Below are positions 8,984 to 17,715 of a stretch of 64,000 bases of DNA, piece after piece. Source of the stretch: a virus (lineage: Duplodnaviria; Caudoviricetes). Within the stretch, counting starts at the first letter, position 1, and the number at the start of each line of letters is the position of its first letter. A program made the translations under genes and the position numbers. The stretch is taken from the IMG/VR virus record IMGVR_UViG_2934069824_000002, positions 14,437 through 78,436 of that record. One strand, given 5' to 3'. The notes beneath the pieces were generated by a model that did not search any database, was not told the origin of the DNA, and saw only the letters and a program-made list of their open reading frames with translations.

Positions 8984-9274
8984 CTAGGTGGTGGGCAGTG
9001 CGCGGCAGGTCTCGGCGTGGGCCTGCGCCCACTCGCGGGCGGCAGGGAGGGCGGATTCGCCGGTGGCGTCGAAGTTGGGCTGCGGGCCGGTGCCGAACTC
9101 GTCGTGGTGGGCGTCGAAGCCCCATCCCTCGGTGTGTTCCTCGCCGCAGCCGTTGCACCGGACGCCGTGCTCGGTCGGGTGCTCCACCCAGTAGACGCCG
9201 GACTGTTCGGCGATGGTGACGATGGCTCCTCCGAGGGTCTTGTACTGGGCGACGGTCTTCGTCTCGGTGCTCAC
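8984..9274 (-). CDS. Hypothetical protein with CxxC and HxxxC
   Basis: GTG start after AGGAG; RCNGC...WAQAHAETCRA motif. Confidence 0.7.
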   Translation of the reverse strand: MSTETKTVAQYKTLGGAIVTIAEQSGVYWVEHPTEHGVRCNGCGEEHTEGWGFDAHHDEFGTGPQPNFDATGESALPAAREWAQAHAETCRALPTT

Positions 9275-9314
9275 GTGGGTCTCCTGAGTGATGTGGATGC
9301 CGGGCTGTCCGGCT

Positions 9315-9478
9315 CCCCTCACCGCCCCTCTCACGCGGGCGGATCGGGCAGCCGTCAGGCGGCAGAAGCGGGCTCTTCGGTGCGAGAGGGGGCACTCTCC
9401 GGCCGCTCTTCAGGGGCAGAGCAGGGGGTCTCACCTGCGTCTTCACCCTTGGAGAGGGGGTGGTCTTCCCGAGAGGGG
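9315..9478. repeat. GAGAGGGG repeats at the 3' end of the TM-wHTH gene
   Basis: GAGAGGGG at 9384, 9452 and 9471; inverted CCCCTCTC at 9325 and CCCCTCAC at 9315. Confidence 0.45.
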
Positions 9479-10137
9479 AGGGGGGTGGCCAGGTCGGCGA
9501 GGCGGATGCCCGAACGACCTCTGACGTCGCCGATGGTGAGGCTCCGGGTGATGGGGATGTCGAGGGCGGTGAGGGCCTCTCGAAGGGCGGCCTCTTCGTG
9601 CCTTTCCATGCCGGGCAGGGCGAGCATCTTGGGGTACAGCTCGTAGAGGTGGATTCCGGTCCGGTCGCCGATGGTCTCGGTGAGCCACTGGACGATGGCG
9701 TCGCGGGGGCTGGCCGGGGCTGCGCTGGGGGTTCCCTGCTCTGCCTTGGCGGGTTCCTCGTCGGGGGTGCCGACCATGTACGCGGCGACGACCCAGCCGA
9801 GGGCGGCCGTAGCGGTCGCGTAGGTGGTGTAGTCGGACACTGCGGTGACGTAAGCGCACCCGAGGAGGAGCCCGACCCGCTTGAGCGGCGCCCGCTTGTC
9901 GAGAACGGGTTCCGGCTCCTCGGCGGGTGCTGGCTTCTTCTGCTCGCCCTTGCCGTCGGCGGCCTGGTCGCCCTTCTTCTGCTGGCCCTTGGCGGGCTGC
10001 TGCTTCTCGGCGGGCGGTTCGGGCTGCTCGGGGGTGCGGTACTTCGGGGAGGAGATCCAGGTGGTGATGCGGTCGTAGAGGATGACGGAGCCGTCGCCGA
10101 GGGGCTGGATGAGCGGCTTGAGGGGCTTGAGGTTCAT
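9355..10137 (-). CDS. Membrane protein with C-terminal putative winged-helix domain
   Basis: Two hydrophobic segments, then IGDRTGIHL...LREALTALDIP...SGIRLADL; homologue at 49169..49756. Confidence 0.7.
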   Translation of the reverse strand: MNLKPLKPLIQPLGDGSVILYDRITTWISSPKYRTPEQPEPPAEKQQPAKGQQKKGDQAADGKGEQKKPAPAEEPEPVLDKRAPLKRVGLLLGCAYVTAVSDYTTYATATAALGWVVAAYMVGTPDEEPAKAEQGTPSAAPASPRDAIVQWLTETIGDRTGIHLYELYPKMLALPGMERHEEAALREALTALDIPITRSLTIGDVRGRSGIRLADLATPLPSREDHPLSKGEDAGETPCSAPEERPESAPSRTEEPASAA

Positions 10138-10457
10138 CGGCCGGTCCCGATCGTGGTGACGCTGTCGCCGACCTGGTCGCCGATGTCCTGGACGCTGCCG
10201 AAGATGTCGGCGATGATCCCGCCGGCGCTTCCGGCGAGGAGGATGCACGCGATGGCGGTGATGATGATCGCCTTGCGCTCGGCGTCCTTGTAGACCCCAG
10301 ACTTCCACTTGACGACGATGACCGTGCACATGATGAGGCCGATGAGGAGTGCGCCGAGGGCGCCGCCGTTGACGTCTAGGGCTGGCACCTGTTCGGGTGC
10401 GGCGGCCATGGTGTGGCGGGCGGCGGTGTCGATCGCGGCGGTGAGGCTGGTGCGCAT
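10134..10457 (-). CDS. Small 2-TM membrane protein
   Basis: Two hydrophobic helices; resembles the C-terminal half of 49756..50265. Confidence 0.7.
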   Translation of the reverse strand: MRTSLTAAIDTAARHTMAAAPEQVPALDVNGGALGALLIGLIMCTVIVVKWKSGVYKDAERKAIIITAIACILLAGSAGGIIADIFGSVQDIGDQVGDSVTTIGTGR

Positions 10458-10469
10458 CAGGGGTGCCTT

Positions 10470-10613
10470 TCAGAGGCCGAGAAGCTTGGCGATGGTGGTG
10501 GCGGACGCGGCGTAGATCGCCCAGATGGCGAGCCGGTCACTGCGGAGAAGCGCGGCGGGGACGCGGACGACGATGTACGCGATGAGGCCCCAGCCGAGGG
10601 CGTAGGCGATCAC
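10470..10613 (-). CDS. 47-aa 2-TM membrane peptide
   Basis: GTGA overlap with the upstream stop; hydrophobic. Confidence 0.55.
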   Translation of the reverse strand: MIAYALGWGLIAYIVVRVPAALLRSDRLAIWAIYAASATTIAKLLGL

Positions 10614-11440
10614 GACCGGTTGCTGTCGACGACGTGGCGGCGGAGCTCGGTGGCGTCGCGGCGGGACAGCCCGTACTCGTCGCGGAGGCGTTCGATGGTC
10701 ACGGGGCGGCCGGTGTCCCTGACCAGTTCCCGGTTGAGCGCGCGGGCTTGTTTCCGCAGTTCGGATGGGGTGATGGCGACCGGGACGGTGACCACCTGCC
10801 GGACGTCCTGGGCGGGCACGGCAGCGGTCATCTTCCGGACGGCAACGGTGGCACCGGGGAGCGTGGCGGTGGGCCAGGTGATCGGGCGGAAGGCCTCGAC
10901 GGTGACTGGCCGGGTGACCACCTGCTCCGGCCCCGGGGTGAGGCGTTCGAGGGTGGCCGTCGGCGGCTCGGCCGGTACGGCGGGCTCGTCGGGGGTGGTC
11001 ACCTTGGTGGAGACGATCGGCAGCGGGCGTACCCCTGCGGGCACCACCTCGGGCACCGGCAGGGTGAACGCGACGGAGGGCGGCGAAGTGGTCACCGTGA
11101 CCAGCTCGGCCGGCTCGGCCGCCGGTTCGCTGAGCCGGTGGACCCGCCACAGGACGAGCGGGGCGATGGCGGACACGGCGACGACGAGCGGCCAGTCAAC
11201 GGGCAGCAGCCCGGCGGACGCGAGGTGGCTGGCGGCGTTCACCGCGACCAGGGCCACGACGACGATGAGGACGTCGCGCTTGGCCCGCAGGGCGCGGATG
11301 GCGTAGATGTCGAGGGCGGCCGGGACGCCGGCGGCGACGTACTTCCCGAACCCGCAGGCGCGGGCCAGGTCGTACTCGGCGGACGCGAGGACCACCAGGA
11401 CGGCGGCGAGGGCGCCCCAGACGAGCGGGTCCTTCTTCAC
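10610..11440 (-). CDS. Multi-TM protein with C-terminal HTH (Spd/DUF2637-like)
   Basis: About four N-terminal TM segments (EYDLA..CG..PAALD), V/T/P-rich linker, TIERLRDEYGLSRRDATELRR. Confidence 0.7.
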   Translation of the reverse strand: MKKDPLVWGALAAVLVVLASAEYDLARACGFGKYVAAGVPAALDIYAIRALRAKRDVLIVVVALVAVNAASHLASAGLLPVDWPLVVAVSAIAPLVLWRVHRLSEPAAEPAELVTVTTSPPSVAFTLPVPEVVPAGVRPLPIVSTKVTTPDEPAVPAEPPTATLERLTPGPEQVVTRPVTVEAFRPITWPTATLPGATVAVRKMTAAVPAQDVRQVVTVPVAITPSELRKQARALNRELVRDTGRPVTIERLRDEYGLSRRDATELRRHVVDSNRS

Positions 11441-11799
11441 TGGCCCTCACCGGCCTGGAGGATCTGCACCCATCCGGCGAGGCGCCGCAGCTGCCCGACG
11501 GCGGTCTCGTAGTCGTCGGCCAGCTCGCGGACGGCGTCGGGGGTGAGGGTGATGGCGAGGTCGGCCTGCTCGACGAACAGGCCGATGTCGCGGGGGCCGT
11601 TGCCGTGCGGGTACTGGGAGACGAGGGCGGTACCGACGGGGTCGCTGGGGCGGCCGAGCGGGTGCTCGATGCTGCGGTGCCCGAGGTCGACGAGCGCGTC
11701 GACCGGCTGCCCGGCATGGCCGACGCACCAGGACGGCTCGGGCACGGTGACGGTGCCCTGGTCGGTGGTGGGCACCGTGACGGTGCGCTGGGTGCTCAT
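11437..11799 (-). CDS. Actinobacterial mobile-element protein (EPSWC..H motif, DUF6907-like)
   Basis: MSTQRTVTV...EPSWCVGH; ATGA coupling. Confidence 0.65.
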   Translation of the reverse strand: MSTQRTVTVPTTDQGTVTVPEPSWCVGHAGQPVDALVDLGHRSIEHPLGRPSDPVGTALVSQYPHGNGPRDIGLFVEQADLAITLTPDAVRELADDYETAVGQLRRLAGWVQILQAGEGQ

Positions 11800-12071
11800 C
11801 CGGCGGTCACCCCGCGGGCGATGAGGCGGAGGAGCGCGGCGTACTCGGCCCGGGTCTGCCCGGCGCGCACCCGGGGGGCGGCGGCGAGGAGGTCCTGCTC
11901 GGCGGCGAACGCGGCTTCGGTGGGGCCGTGCAGCTGCTCGGCGAAGACGAGCGCCCGGGCGAGGCGGATCTCCTCGCGCATCTCGGCGTCGGGCCGCTGC
12001 CGGTCGAGGGTGTCGGCGAACTGGCCGAGGAGGAGCACGGTGTCGTCGCTGAGGACGAGGGGCGTGGTCAT
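11796..12071 (-). CDS. Hypothetical protein (TRAEYA..LR motif)
   Basis: Coupled start/stop; motif shared with 52297..52596 and 52596..52946. Confidence 0.65.
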   Translation of the reverse strand: MTTPLVLSDDTVLLLGQFADTLDRQRPDAEMREEIRLARALVFAEQLHGPTEAAFAAEQDLLAAAPRVRAGQTRAEYAALLRLIARGVTAG

Positions 12072-12244
12072 CGGGCACCGCCGGTGGGGCGGATGCTGCC
12101 GGTGACGCCGGCCTCGGTGGCGCGCACCGTGGTGGTGCGTCCGCCGTGGCGGCTGATGGTGCCGACGGCGATGAGGCGCCGGTCGGGCGGGGGGCCACCG
12201 ACTCCGCTGCCGCATGGCAATGCAATACGATTCGAGGTGTCCAT
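12068..12244 (-). CDS. Hypothetical 58-aa protein
   Basis: Hand translation MDTSNRIALPC...GGAR; ATGA overlap with the next gene. Confidence 0.45.
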   Translation of the reverse strand: MDTSNRIALPCGSGVGGPPPDRRLIAVGTISRHGGRTTTVRATEAGVTGSIRPTGGAR

Positions 12245-12377
12245 GACGAGGGCTCTTCTCGTTCGTGGGAAGTGCCGGGGCGCTGATACGCCTCGGTGCG
12301 TCAGGGAGTCGGTCGACGCGCGCGCCCCTCCGGTGTTCGAGCACCGGAGGGAGCTGTTGGCCGGCTCCCGCTCTGCG

Positions 12378-12614
12378 TTATGGGGTTGTGGTGGGGCCCT
12401 TTCGAGTGGGCCCGTTGTGCTTCTTGATCGCCTGGTCGACGGTGGTCCAGCCCTTGCCGAGGTCCTTGGCGACTGCGTAGACGCTTCCGAGTTCGGCGAC
12501 GCCCTCGGCGAGAGCTGCCGCCCTTCGTTTGGCTGCGGCGTTCACCTGGGTCTGGAGCTGTTCGAGCAGCTCTTCCTCCTGGCGAACCCGGTCTCGCCAG
12601 GGTTTCGCTTCCAT
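12378..12614 (-). CDS. Small HTH regulator
   Basis: SVYAVAKDLGKGWTTVDQAIKK. Confidence 0.7.
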   Translation of the reverse strand: MEAKPWRDRVRQEEELLEQLQTQVNAAAKRRAAALAEGVAELGSVYAVAKDLGKGWTTVDQAIKKHNGPTRKGPTTTP

Positions 12615-12625
12615 CCCCCGGACCG

Positions 12626-12667
12626 TATCACTGGGGGGCAGTGATAGTCCAGTGTCACGCAACACTG
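12626..12667. promoter_or_regulatory. Palindromic operator(s) upstream of the small HTH gene
   Basis: TATCACTG-N5-CAGTGATA (12626..12646) and CAGTGT-N6-ACACTG (12650..12667). Confidence 0.55.
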
Positions 12668-13299
12668 CGCGCCTTCGTGTCCTCGTCGACCCACGTCTTC
12701 AACTGGGCCCACACGTAGGGCGGGTACGAGCACGTGCACCACGGGCAGACGATCGCCTTCTCGCCCGGCGCCAGGTGCAGCACAGCCCCGCAGATCGCCC
12801 CGGAGGGGTCAACCGCCGGACAGTTGCCCACCCGGGCCCCACGCTCGGGCGCCGGCGGCCGGAGTATCGACGCCACGGACCCGGCCAGGTCCCGGATCTC
12901 TCCAGCGAACTCGCCGGCCTGCGGCCACGACACGGTGATCCACGGCATGTGGCGCAGCAGACCTTCCACGGCGGCGTCCAGGCGCCCGTCGACACCCCGT
13001 CGGGCGGCGGGGTGCTGCCGCATCCCGCGGTCCTGGCGGACGGCGGACAGCCAGTCCTCCAGCGTCCCGACCATCACGCCCCGCATGTCGAGGATTCCCT
13101 CGGCCACGGGGAGCGGCGGCGGGCCGCCCTTTCCGCCTCGCCCCTGGGACACGGCGGTAGAGGGGGTGAGCAGGACGCCGAGCCCGCGGTACAGGACAGG
13201 CAGGCCCTCCAGCCGGACCCGGGTCGACTTCGAGCAGCCGGGGCAGAGGTAGCTGCCGGTCTCGTCGGGCTGCTCGCACAGCAGGCAGGTGGTGGGCAT
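12655..13299 (-). CDS. Zn-binding phage protein (possible late-gene regulator)
   Basis: N-terminal CxxC..CxxC and C-terminal CP..CG..CPWC; homologue at 54058..54798. Confidence 0.7.
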   Translation of the reverse strand: MPTTCLLCEQPDETGSYLCPGCSKSTRVRLEGLPVLYRGLGVLLTPSTAVSQGRGGKGGPPPLPVAEGILDMRGVMVGTLEDWLSAVRQDRGMRQHPAARRGVDGRLDAAVEGLLRHMPWITVSWPQAGEFAGEIRDLAGSVASILRPPAPERGARVGNCPAVDPSGAICGAVLHLAPGEKAIVCPWCTCSYPPYVWAQLKTWVDEDTKARSVA

Positions 13300-13314
13300 C
13301 GCTCGTCTCCTCGA

Positions 13315-13836
13315 TCAGAACGGGGGTTCGTCCGAGTAGCCCGGGGCGGGCGCCGCCGGGGCGGCAGCTGCGGCGGGCGGCGGGCTGCTGGCCCACCCGC
13401 CGCCGGTCTGCTGCTGCTCGGGGGGCTTGGCCCCCGCCCACGCGTCGCCCTGCGCCTGGCCGCCGTTGCCGGACGGGTTCTTCGTCACCGCGGCCGACGC
13501 GCGCAGCAGCGACGGGCCGACCTCTTCGACGTCGATCTCGTACGCGGTGCGCTTCACCTGCTCCCGGTCCTCGTAGGAGCGCTGCTTCAGCCGGCCCTGG
13601 ACGATGACCCGCATGCCGCGGGCCAGGGTGGCGGCGGCGTTCTCGGCCTGCTGCCGCCATACGGAGCAGGTGAGGAAGAGGCCTTCGCCGTCCTTCCACT
13701 CGTTGGTCTGCCGGTCGAGGATGCGGGGGGTGGAGGCGACGCGGAACTTCGCGACGGCGGCACCGGCCGGGGTGAAGCGGAGCTCGGGGTCGTCGACCAG
13801 GTTTCCGACGATCGTGATGGTGGTCTCGCCTGCCAT
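13315..13836 (-). CDS. ssb: Single-stranded DNA-binding protein
   Basis: [23 protein letters not shown]...DEPPF, an actinobacterial SSB signature. Confidence 0.96.
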   Translation of the reverse strand: MAGETTITIVGNLVDDPELRFTPAGAAVAKFRVASTPRILDRQTNEWKDGEGLFLTCSVWRQQAENAAATLARGMRVIVQGRLKQRSYEDREQVKRTAYEIDVEEVGPSLLRASAAVTKNPSGNGGQAQGDAWAGAKPPEQQQTGGGWASSPPPAAAAAPAAPAPGYSDEPPF

Positions 13837-13868
13837 CAGGGGTTCTCCTTCTTGGCCTTGATCAAGCG

Positions 13869-14055
13869 GTGGACGTGCGCGTGGACGTGGACGCGGGATG
13901 TGGACGTGGACAACGTGGACGGCGTCCACATGGGCCCGTCTCGCGTCGCGGGAGTGAAATAATTCATTGTTATGTCCCTTTATGTACTAGTTAGGGGCGT
14001 GGCGGATTGAGGGACGGGACGACGTGGACAACCGTCCACGCGTCCACATGTCCAC
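13869..14055. repeat. Putative replication origin: GTGGAC/GTCCAC iterons around an AT-rich core
   Basis: 7 direct and 4 inverted hexamers flanking an AT-rich tract at ~13956..13993; directly downstream of the primase-helicase. Confidence 0.72.
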
Positions 14056-14060
14056 ATCGC

Positions 14061-16685
14061 TCACCCCGTCTGAACGCAGACCCGATCGCCCTCCACGAAC
14101 ACCCAGTCGCGGGTCTCCGCGACCTCGACGGACCGCCGCAGGAACGGCCTGTCGCTGCTCCTGAGTCGACGGTTCAGCTCGCCGAACGTGATCCCGCCGA
14201 CGGCCGACGAGTGCTTCTTCACGAGGCGGGCGATGCGCTCCAGGCTGCGGTCCGTGTCGTTCTTCGCCTGGTGCGAGCGGAGCTCCTGCGCGACCTTGGC
14301 GTCCTCCTCGCGCCGCCGGGCAGCCTCGGCCTCGCGGGCCGCTCGCTGGATCAGCGCGGCACGGACGGTGCACGAGGACTTCCAGACGATCTCGGCGAGT
14401 TCCCAGTCCTGCTCGGTCGCTTCGACGCGGCCGCCGTCGAGCAGCGCCAGGAGGGCGGTGATCTTCACCTTCATCAGGTTGGCGTGGCCGTCGAGCTCGT
14501 CGATCTCCAGCTCGCCGCGGTTCCGCGCGACGTGCTCGGCCCAGAGCATCCGCCGGATGCGCTCGGGGAGCACGATGTTGAGGTCCTCCATCGGCTGGAC
14601 GGAGGCGGGGTTGACCGGCAGTGGGCCGGGTGAGACGGGCGGCTCGTCGGGGATCGACGGGTCGGCGGCCCAGGCCCAGAGGAAGCGCTGCGGGGTGCCA
14701 GTGCTGGCGTCGGCGATGACCGGCATAGCGGTTGACGGCTGGAAGCCGACGACCATGCCGAGGCTGTAGGAGCCCGCCGCGACGTACCGGGTGCGCTCCT
14801 CAGAGGCGTTGGTCTGGCCGAGGGTCTCGCCGATCGCGGCACGGCGCAGCGTCTCGCCCAGCACGCTGCCGGCGCGCTCCGCCAAGCTGGCCAGGGTCTG
14901 GCCTTCGTCGACGTAGAAGTAGGCGTTGTGCCGGACCTGCTTCCGGACCTTCCGTGTGACGGGGTCGCCCTTGAGCGGGCCCTTGGCGTGGATCTCGCCC
15001 GTCTCCTCGTCGACCGTTCCCATGAACGCCTCGGCGATGCCCTCCCCGGACCCGATGGGGAGTCCGTCGCGGAACTCCGGGTCGATCGGGGGGAGCAGCG
15101 ACCGGGCGACCTTCGTGCCGATGGACTTGCCACCGCCGGATGCGGCGACGACCGCGACGAACATGTTCAGCGACGCGCGGCCGCCGATGCCCGACACGGC
15201 GGCGATGCGGTGCGACACCATCGCCGACATACGCGCGAGGAGCGAGAAGAACAGCACGTCGCCGCTGGAGCCTTCGGCGTGGGCGGCCAGGCGGATGTGC
15301 TGGAACACCGGGCGGGCGTTCCAGAACTCCTCGGGCAGGAGCCCGGGGTGGGCCTTCGGGTCCGGCTGGTCGTCGCCTGGGCGCGCGTGTTCCGGCTCCG
15401 GCTCGACCAGCTGGCCCGCCCCCCAGAGGTCTGCGGGCGGCGGCGGGCTGGAGCGTTCGGCGCGCGGCGGGCGGCACTGCTGCTTCACCCGCGCCAGGAC
15501 GGGGGAGGGCAGCGACCGCGCGGGCGAGGAGCACGGCTGGTCGTAGGCCGCGCGCAGCACGTCCCGCGCAGCCTCGCGCTCGTCCCCGTTGTAGTGCAGA
15601 TGCGCCCACAGGGTGGGGACGGTCAGCTTCCGCCCGGACGGCTGCTGACCGACCGGGAGCCCGGACCGCTCGGACCAGTTCACCGCGACGTGGTCGTCGC
15701 ACATGAGGCTGTGGTCGCTCTCGGCAGAGCCCTCCGCGCTGGCCGGGCGCAGCCACTTCTCGCGGCCGCCGGACGTGCCGCGGTACGTCCACCCGGCGGG
15801 CTCCAGGACGTCCCGGAAGGTGAGCATGGACGCGAGGATGTCGAAGACGCTGCTGCCGCCCGTGCTCGTCGCGCGGGCGCGCGGCGGCGGGACAGCGGGG
15901 CGCCCGTGCCGGGCGTCCTGGCGGGCGCGCTTCTCTGCGGCGGCCTTCTCCAGTGCCGCGCGTGCTGTGGGCTCCAGGGCGGCGGCCTGCTCGTGCATCA
16001 GTTGCAAGGGCACGGGATGTCCGCTGCCGGGCACGCTGCCCGTCGGCCGGGCCTGTCCGCCCTTCCTGTTGACCGTGCCGGGCACGCGCATCAGCCGGTC
16101 GAGGTTGCCGACCTGGGTGTCCCAGGTGCAGCCGTGCCCGTAGGCGGCGGCGCCGAGGATGGTTTGCACCGAGGCGGTCATCGCCTCGACGCGGGCCCGG
16201 TCTTCGGCGGTCTCCATGACGTACGGGGTTTCGAGCATCCAGACGGGGTTGAGGCCGCCGCCGGACAGCACCCAGCCGGTGGGCTCGGGGAGTCCGGACG
16301 ACGCCACGATCTGGCGGACGTGGTCGGCGTCGTCGGGGTGGGGCATCTCGTCGGGGCCGGGCTTGTGGCCCAGGCCGCCGAAGTCTCCGTCCGCCCAGAT
16401 GAAGGTGACGGCGTGCGCGAGGTCCTTCCCGCCGCGCCCCTTCTCGGGGTGCTCTCGCAGGGTGGTGACCTGCGCGTAGATTCCCTTCGGGTCGCGGGTG
16501 TCGAGCTGGAGGACGTAGTCGACGGCGGCGGTGATGCCCGCCTCGTTGGTGGTGAAGCGGCGACCGGCCCAGTCGGCGTCGCTGCAGATGCTGAGCAGCC
16601 CGGGGACGTTCTGGTACTGGAAGGCCAGGGACCGGTGGACCAGGTCCTTGTCGACGACGGCCGGGGTGGGGAGCGGTTCGGTCAC
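14061..16685 (-). CDS. Primase-helicase replication protein
   Basis: GTG at 16685; primase motifs WADGD, SGGG, RLMRVPGTVNRK; P-loop SGGGKS and Walker B YVDE. Confidence 0.85.
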   Translation of the reverse strand: MTEPLPTPAVVDKDLVHRSLAFQYQNVPGLLSICSDADWAGRRFTTNEAGITAAVDYVLQLDTRDPKGIYAQVTTLREHPEKGRGGKDLAHAVTFIWADGDFGGLGHKPGPDEMPHPDDADHVRQIVASSGLPEPTGWVLSGGGLNPVWMLETPYVMETAEDRARVEAMTASVQTILGAAAYGHGCTWDTQVGNLDRLMRVPGTVNRKGGQARPTGSVPGSGHPVPLQLMHEQAAALEPTARAALEKAAAEKRARQDARHGRPAVPPPRARATSTGGSSVFDILASMLTFRDVLEPAGWTYRGTSGGREKWLRPASAEGSAESDHSLMCDDHVAVNWSERSGLPVGQQPSGRKLTVPTLWAHLHYNGDEREAARDVLRAAYDQPCSSPARSLPSPVLARVKQQCRPPRAERSSPPPPADLWGAGQLVEPEPEHARPGDDQPDPKAHPGLLPEEFWNARPVFQHIRLAAHAEGSSGDVLFFSLLARMSAMVSHRIAAVSGIGGRASLNMFVAVVAASGGGKSIGTKVARSLLPPIDPEFRDGLPIGSGEGIAEAFMGTVDEETGEIHAKGPLKGDPVTRKVRKQVRHNAYFYVDEGQTLASLAERAGSVLGETLRRAAIGETLGQTNASEERTRYVAAGSYSLGMVVGFQPSTAMPVIADASTGTPQRFLWAWAADPSIPDEPPVSPGPLPVNPASVQPMEDLNIVLPERIRRMLWAEHVARNRGELEIDELDGHANLMKVKITALLALLDGGRVEATEQDWELAEIVWKSSCTVRAALIQRAAREAEAARRREEDAKVAQELRSHQAKNDTDRSLERIARLVKKHSSAVGGITFGELNRRLRSSDRPFLRRSVEVAETRDWVFVEGDRVCVQTG

Positions 16686-16960
16686 TGCTGCACCGCCGGG
16701 AAGTAGTAGCTGCCGGTCGGGCGGCCGACGCACCGGGACTGCCGGGGGCAGACGTGTGGTGCCGAAGCGGGGCCGGCGGGGTGGATGTGCTGGCAGTCGC
16801 AGAACGGGCAGGCCACGACGAGGTGCGTCTGGAGCTCGCCGGTGTGGGCGTCCCGGTAGGCGACGAGGCGGGCCGCGGCGGCGACCATGCCGAGCCGGGC
16901 CGTCGGTGGCCGGGGCTCGGTGTCCTTCCCGAAGATGGGGAGGGTGGTGGTGCTGGTCAC
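16682..16960 (-). CDS. Zn-finger protein
   Basis: CPFC...HIH...C. Confidence 0.65.
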   Translation of the reverse strand: MTSTTTLPIFGKDTEPRPPTARLGMVAAAARLVAYRDAHTGELQTHLVVACPFCDCQHIHPAGPASAPHVCPRQSRCVGRPTGSYYFPAVQQ

Positions 16961-17056
16961 GAACGTGCTCTCTTCTACGAGCGGGGCTGGTGGTGTTCGT
17001 GAGGCGCGTGCCGCCCGGGCCGCAGATACGGCCCGGGCGGCGTTGCGCTCCCGGGG

Positions 17057-17497
17057 TCAGCCGCCGGGCGTCCGCAGGGAGTTGAGCATCCGCGCGTGAT
17101 CCGCGGTCATGATGCGGAGATGCTGCTGCACGTCGCCGACGATGAACGCCCACCGGGTTCCGGCCGGGACGTGCACCTCAATGTGCTTCGCGGAGAGGTA
17201 GAAGTGGGAGGCGATGGCCTGCCCGAGGCCGAACCCGCAGCGCAGTGCTTCCTCGCCGAGGCGGACGACTGCGGTGTGGCAGTCGACGGAAGGGTTCGTC
17301 TGCTTACGCAGGTCCTCGCTGACGTCGCTGCTTCGGTCGTAGCGGCCGGTGAGGTCGACGGTGACGACGAGCCGCACCTCGGGGACCGGCACCACGACGG
17401 GCGGCGCCACCGGCGCGGGCTCCGTGGCCGGGGCCGGGAGGGAAGCGAGGCGGACGGGGTGCTTGACCGGCCACTGGCCGACGGTGTGGTCGCTCAT
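17057..17497 (-). CDS. Hypothetical protein
   Basis: ATG at 17497 coupled to the upstream stop. Confidence 0.6.
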   Translation of the reverse strand: MSDHTVGQWPVKHPVRLASLPAPATEPAPVAPPVVVPVPEVRLVVTVDLTGRYDRSSDVSEDLRKQTNPSVDCHTAVVRLGEEALRCGFGLGQAIASHFYLSAKHIEVHVPAGTRWAFIVGDVQQHLRIMTADHARMLNSLRTPGG

Positions 17498-17715
17498 GCT
17501 GCCTTCTCCTTCGGCGTGGCCTGCTGGCGCAGTGCGGTGACGGCGGGGGCGAGCGCGGCGCGGATGGTGGCCCGCTGCTCGTCCGACAAGGGGGGCGCGG
17601 CGTCGACGATGCGCCGGACGCGCGCCCAGTAGGCGGCGTCGCCGTGCTTGGCGTGGGCCGGGCGGCCGGGGACGGTGAGGTCCCCGGCCGTGCCGGTGGT
17701 CTGCTTGTCGGTCAC
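17494..17715 (-). CDS. Hypothetical protein (APPLS.EQ motif)
   Basis: VDAAPPLSDEQRATIR; coupled on both sides. Confidence 0.65.
   Translation of the reverse strand: MTDKQTTGTAGDLTVPGRPAHAKHGDAAYWARVRRIVDAAPPLSDEQRATIRAALAPAVTALRQQATPKEKAA

Noticed and set aside
13869-14055. Repeat cluster considered as a CRISPR array
   Set aside because: Repeats are 6 bp, irregularly spaced and in both orientations; no spacer structure and no cas genes
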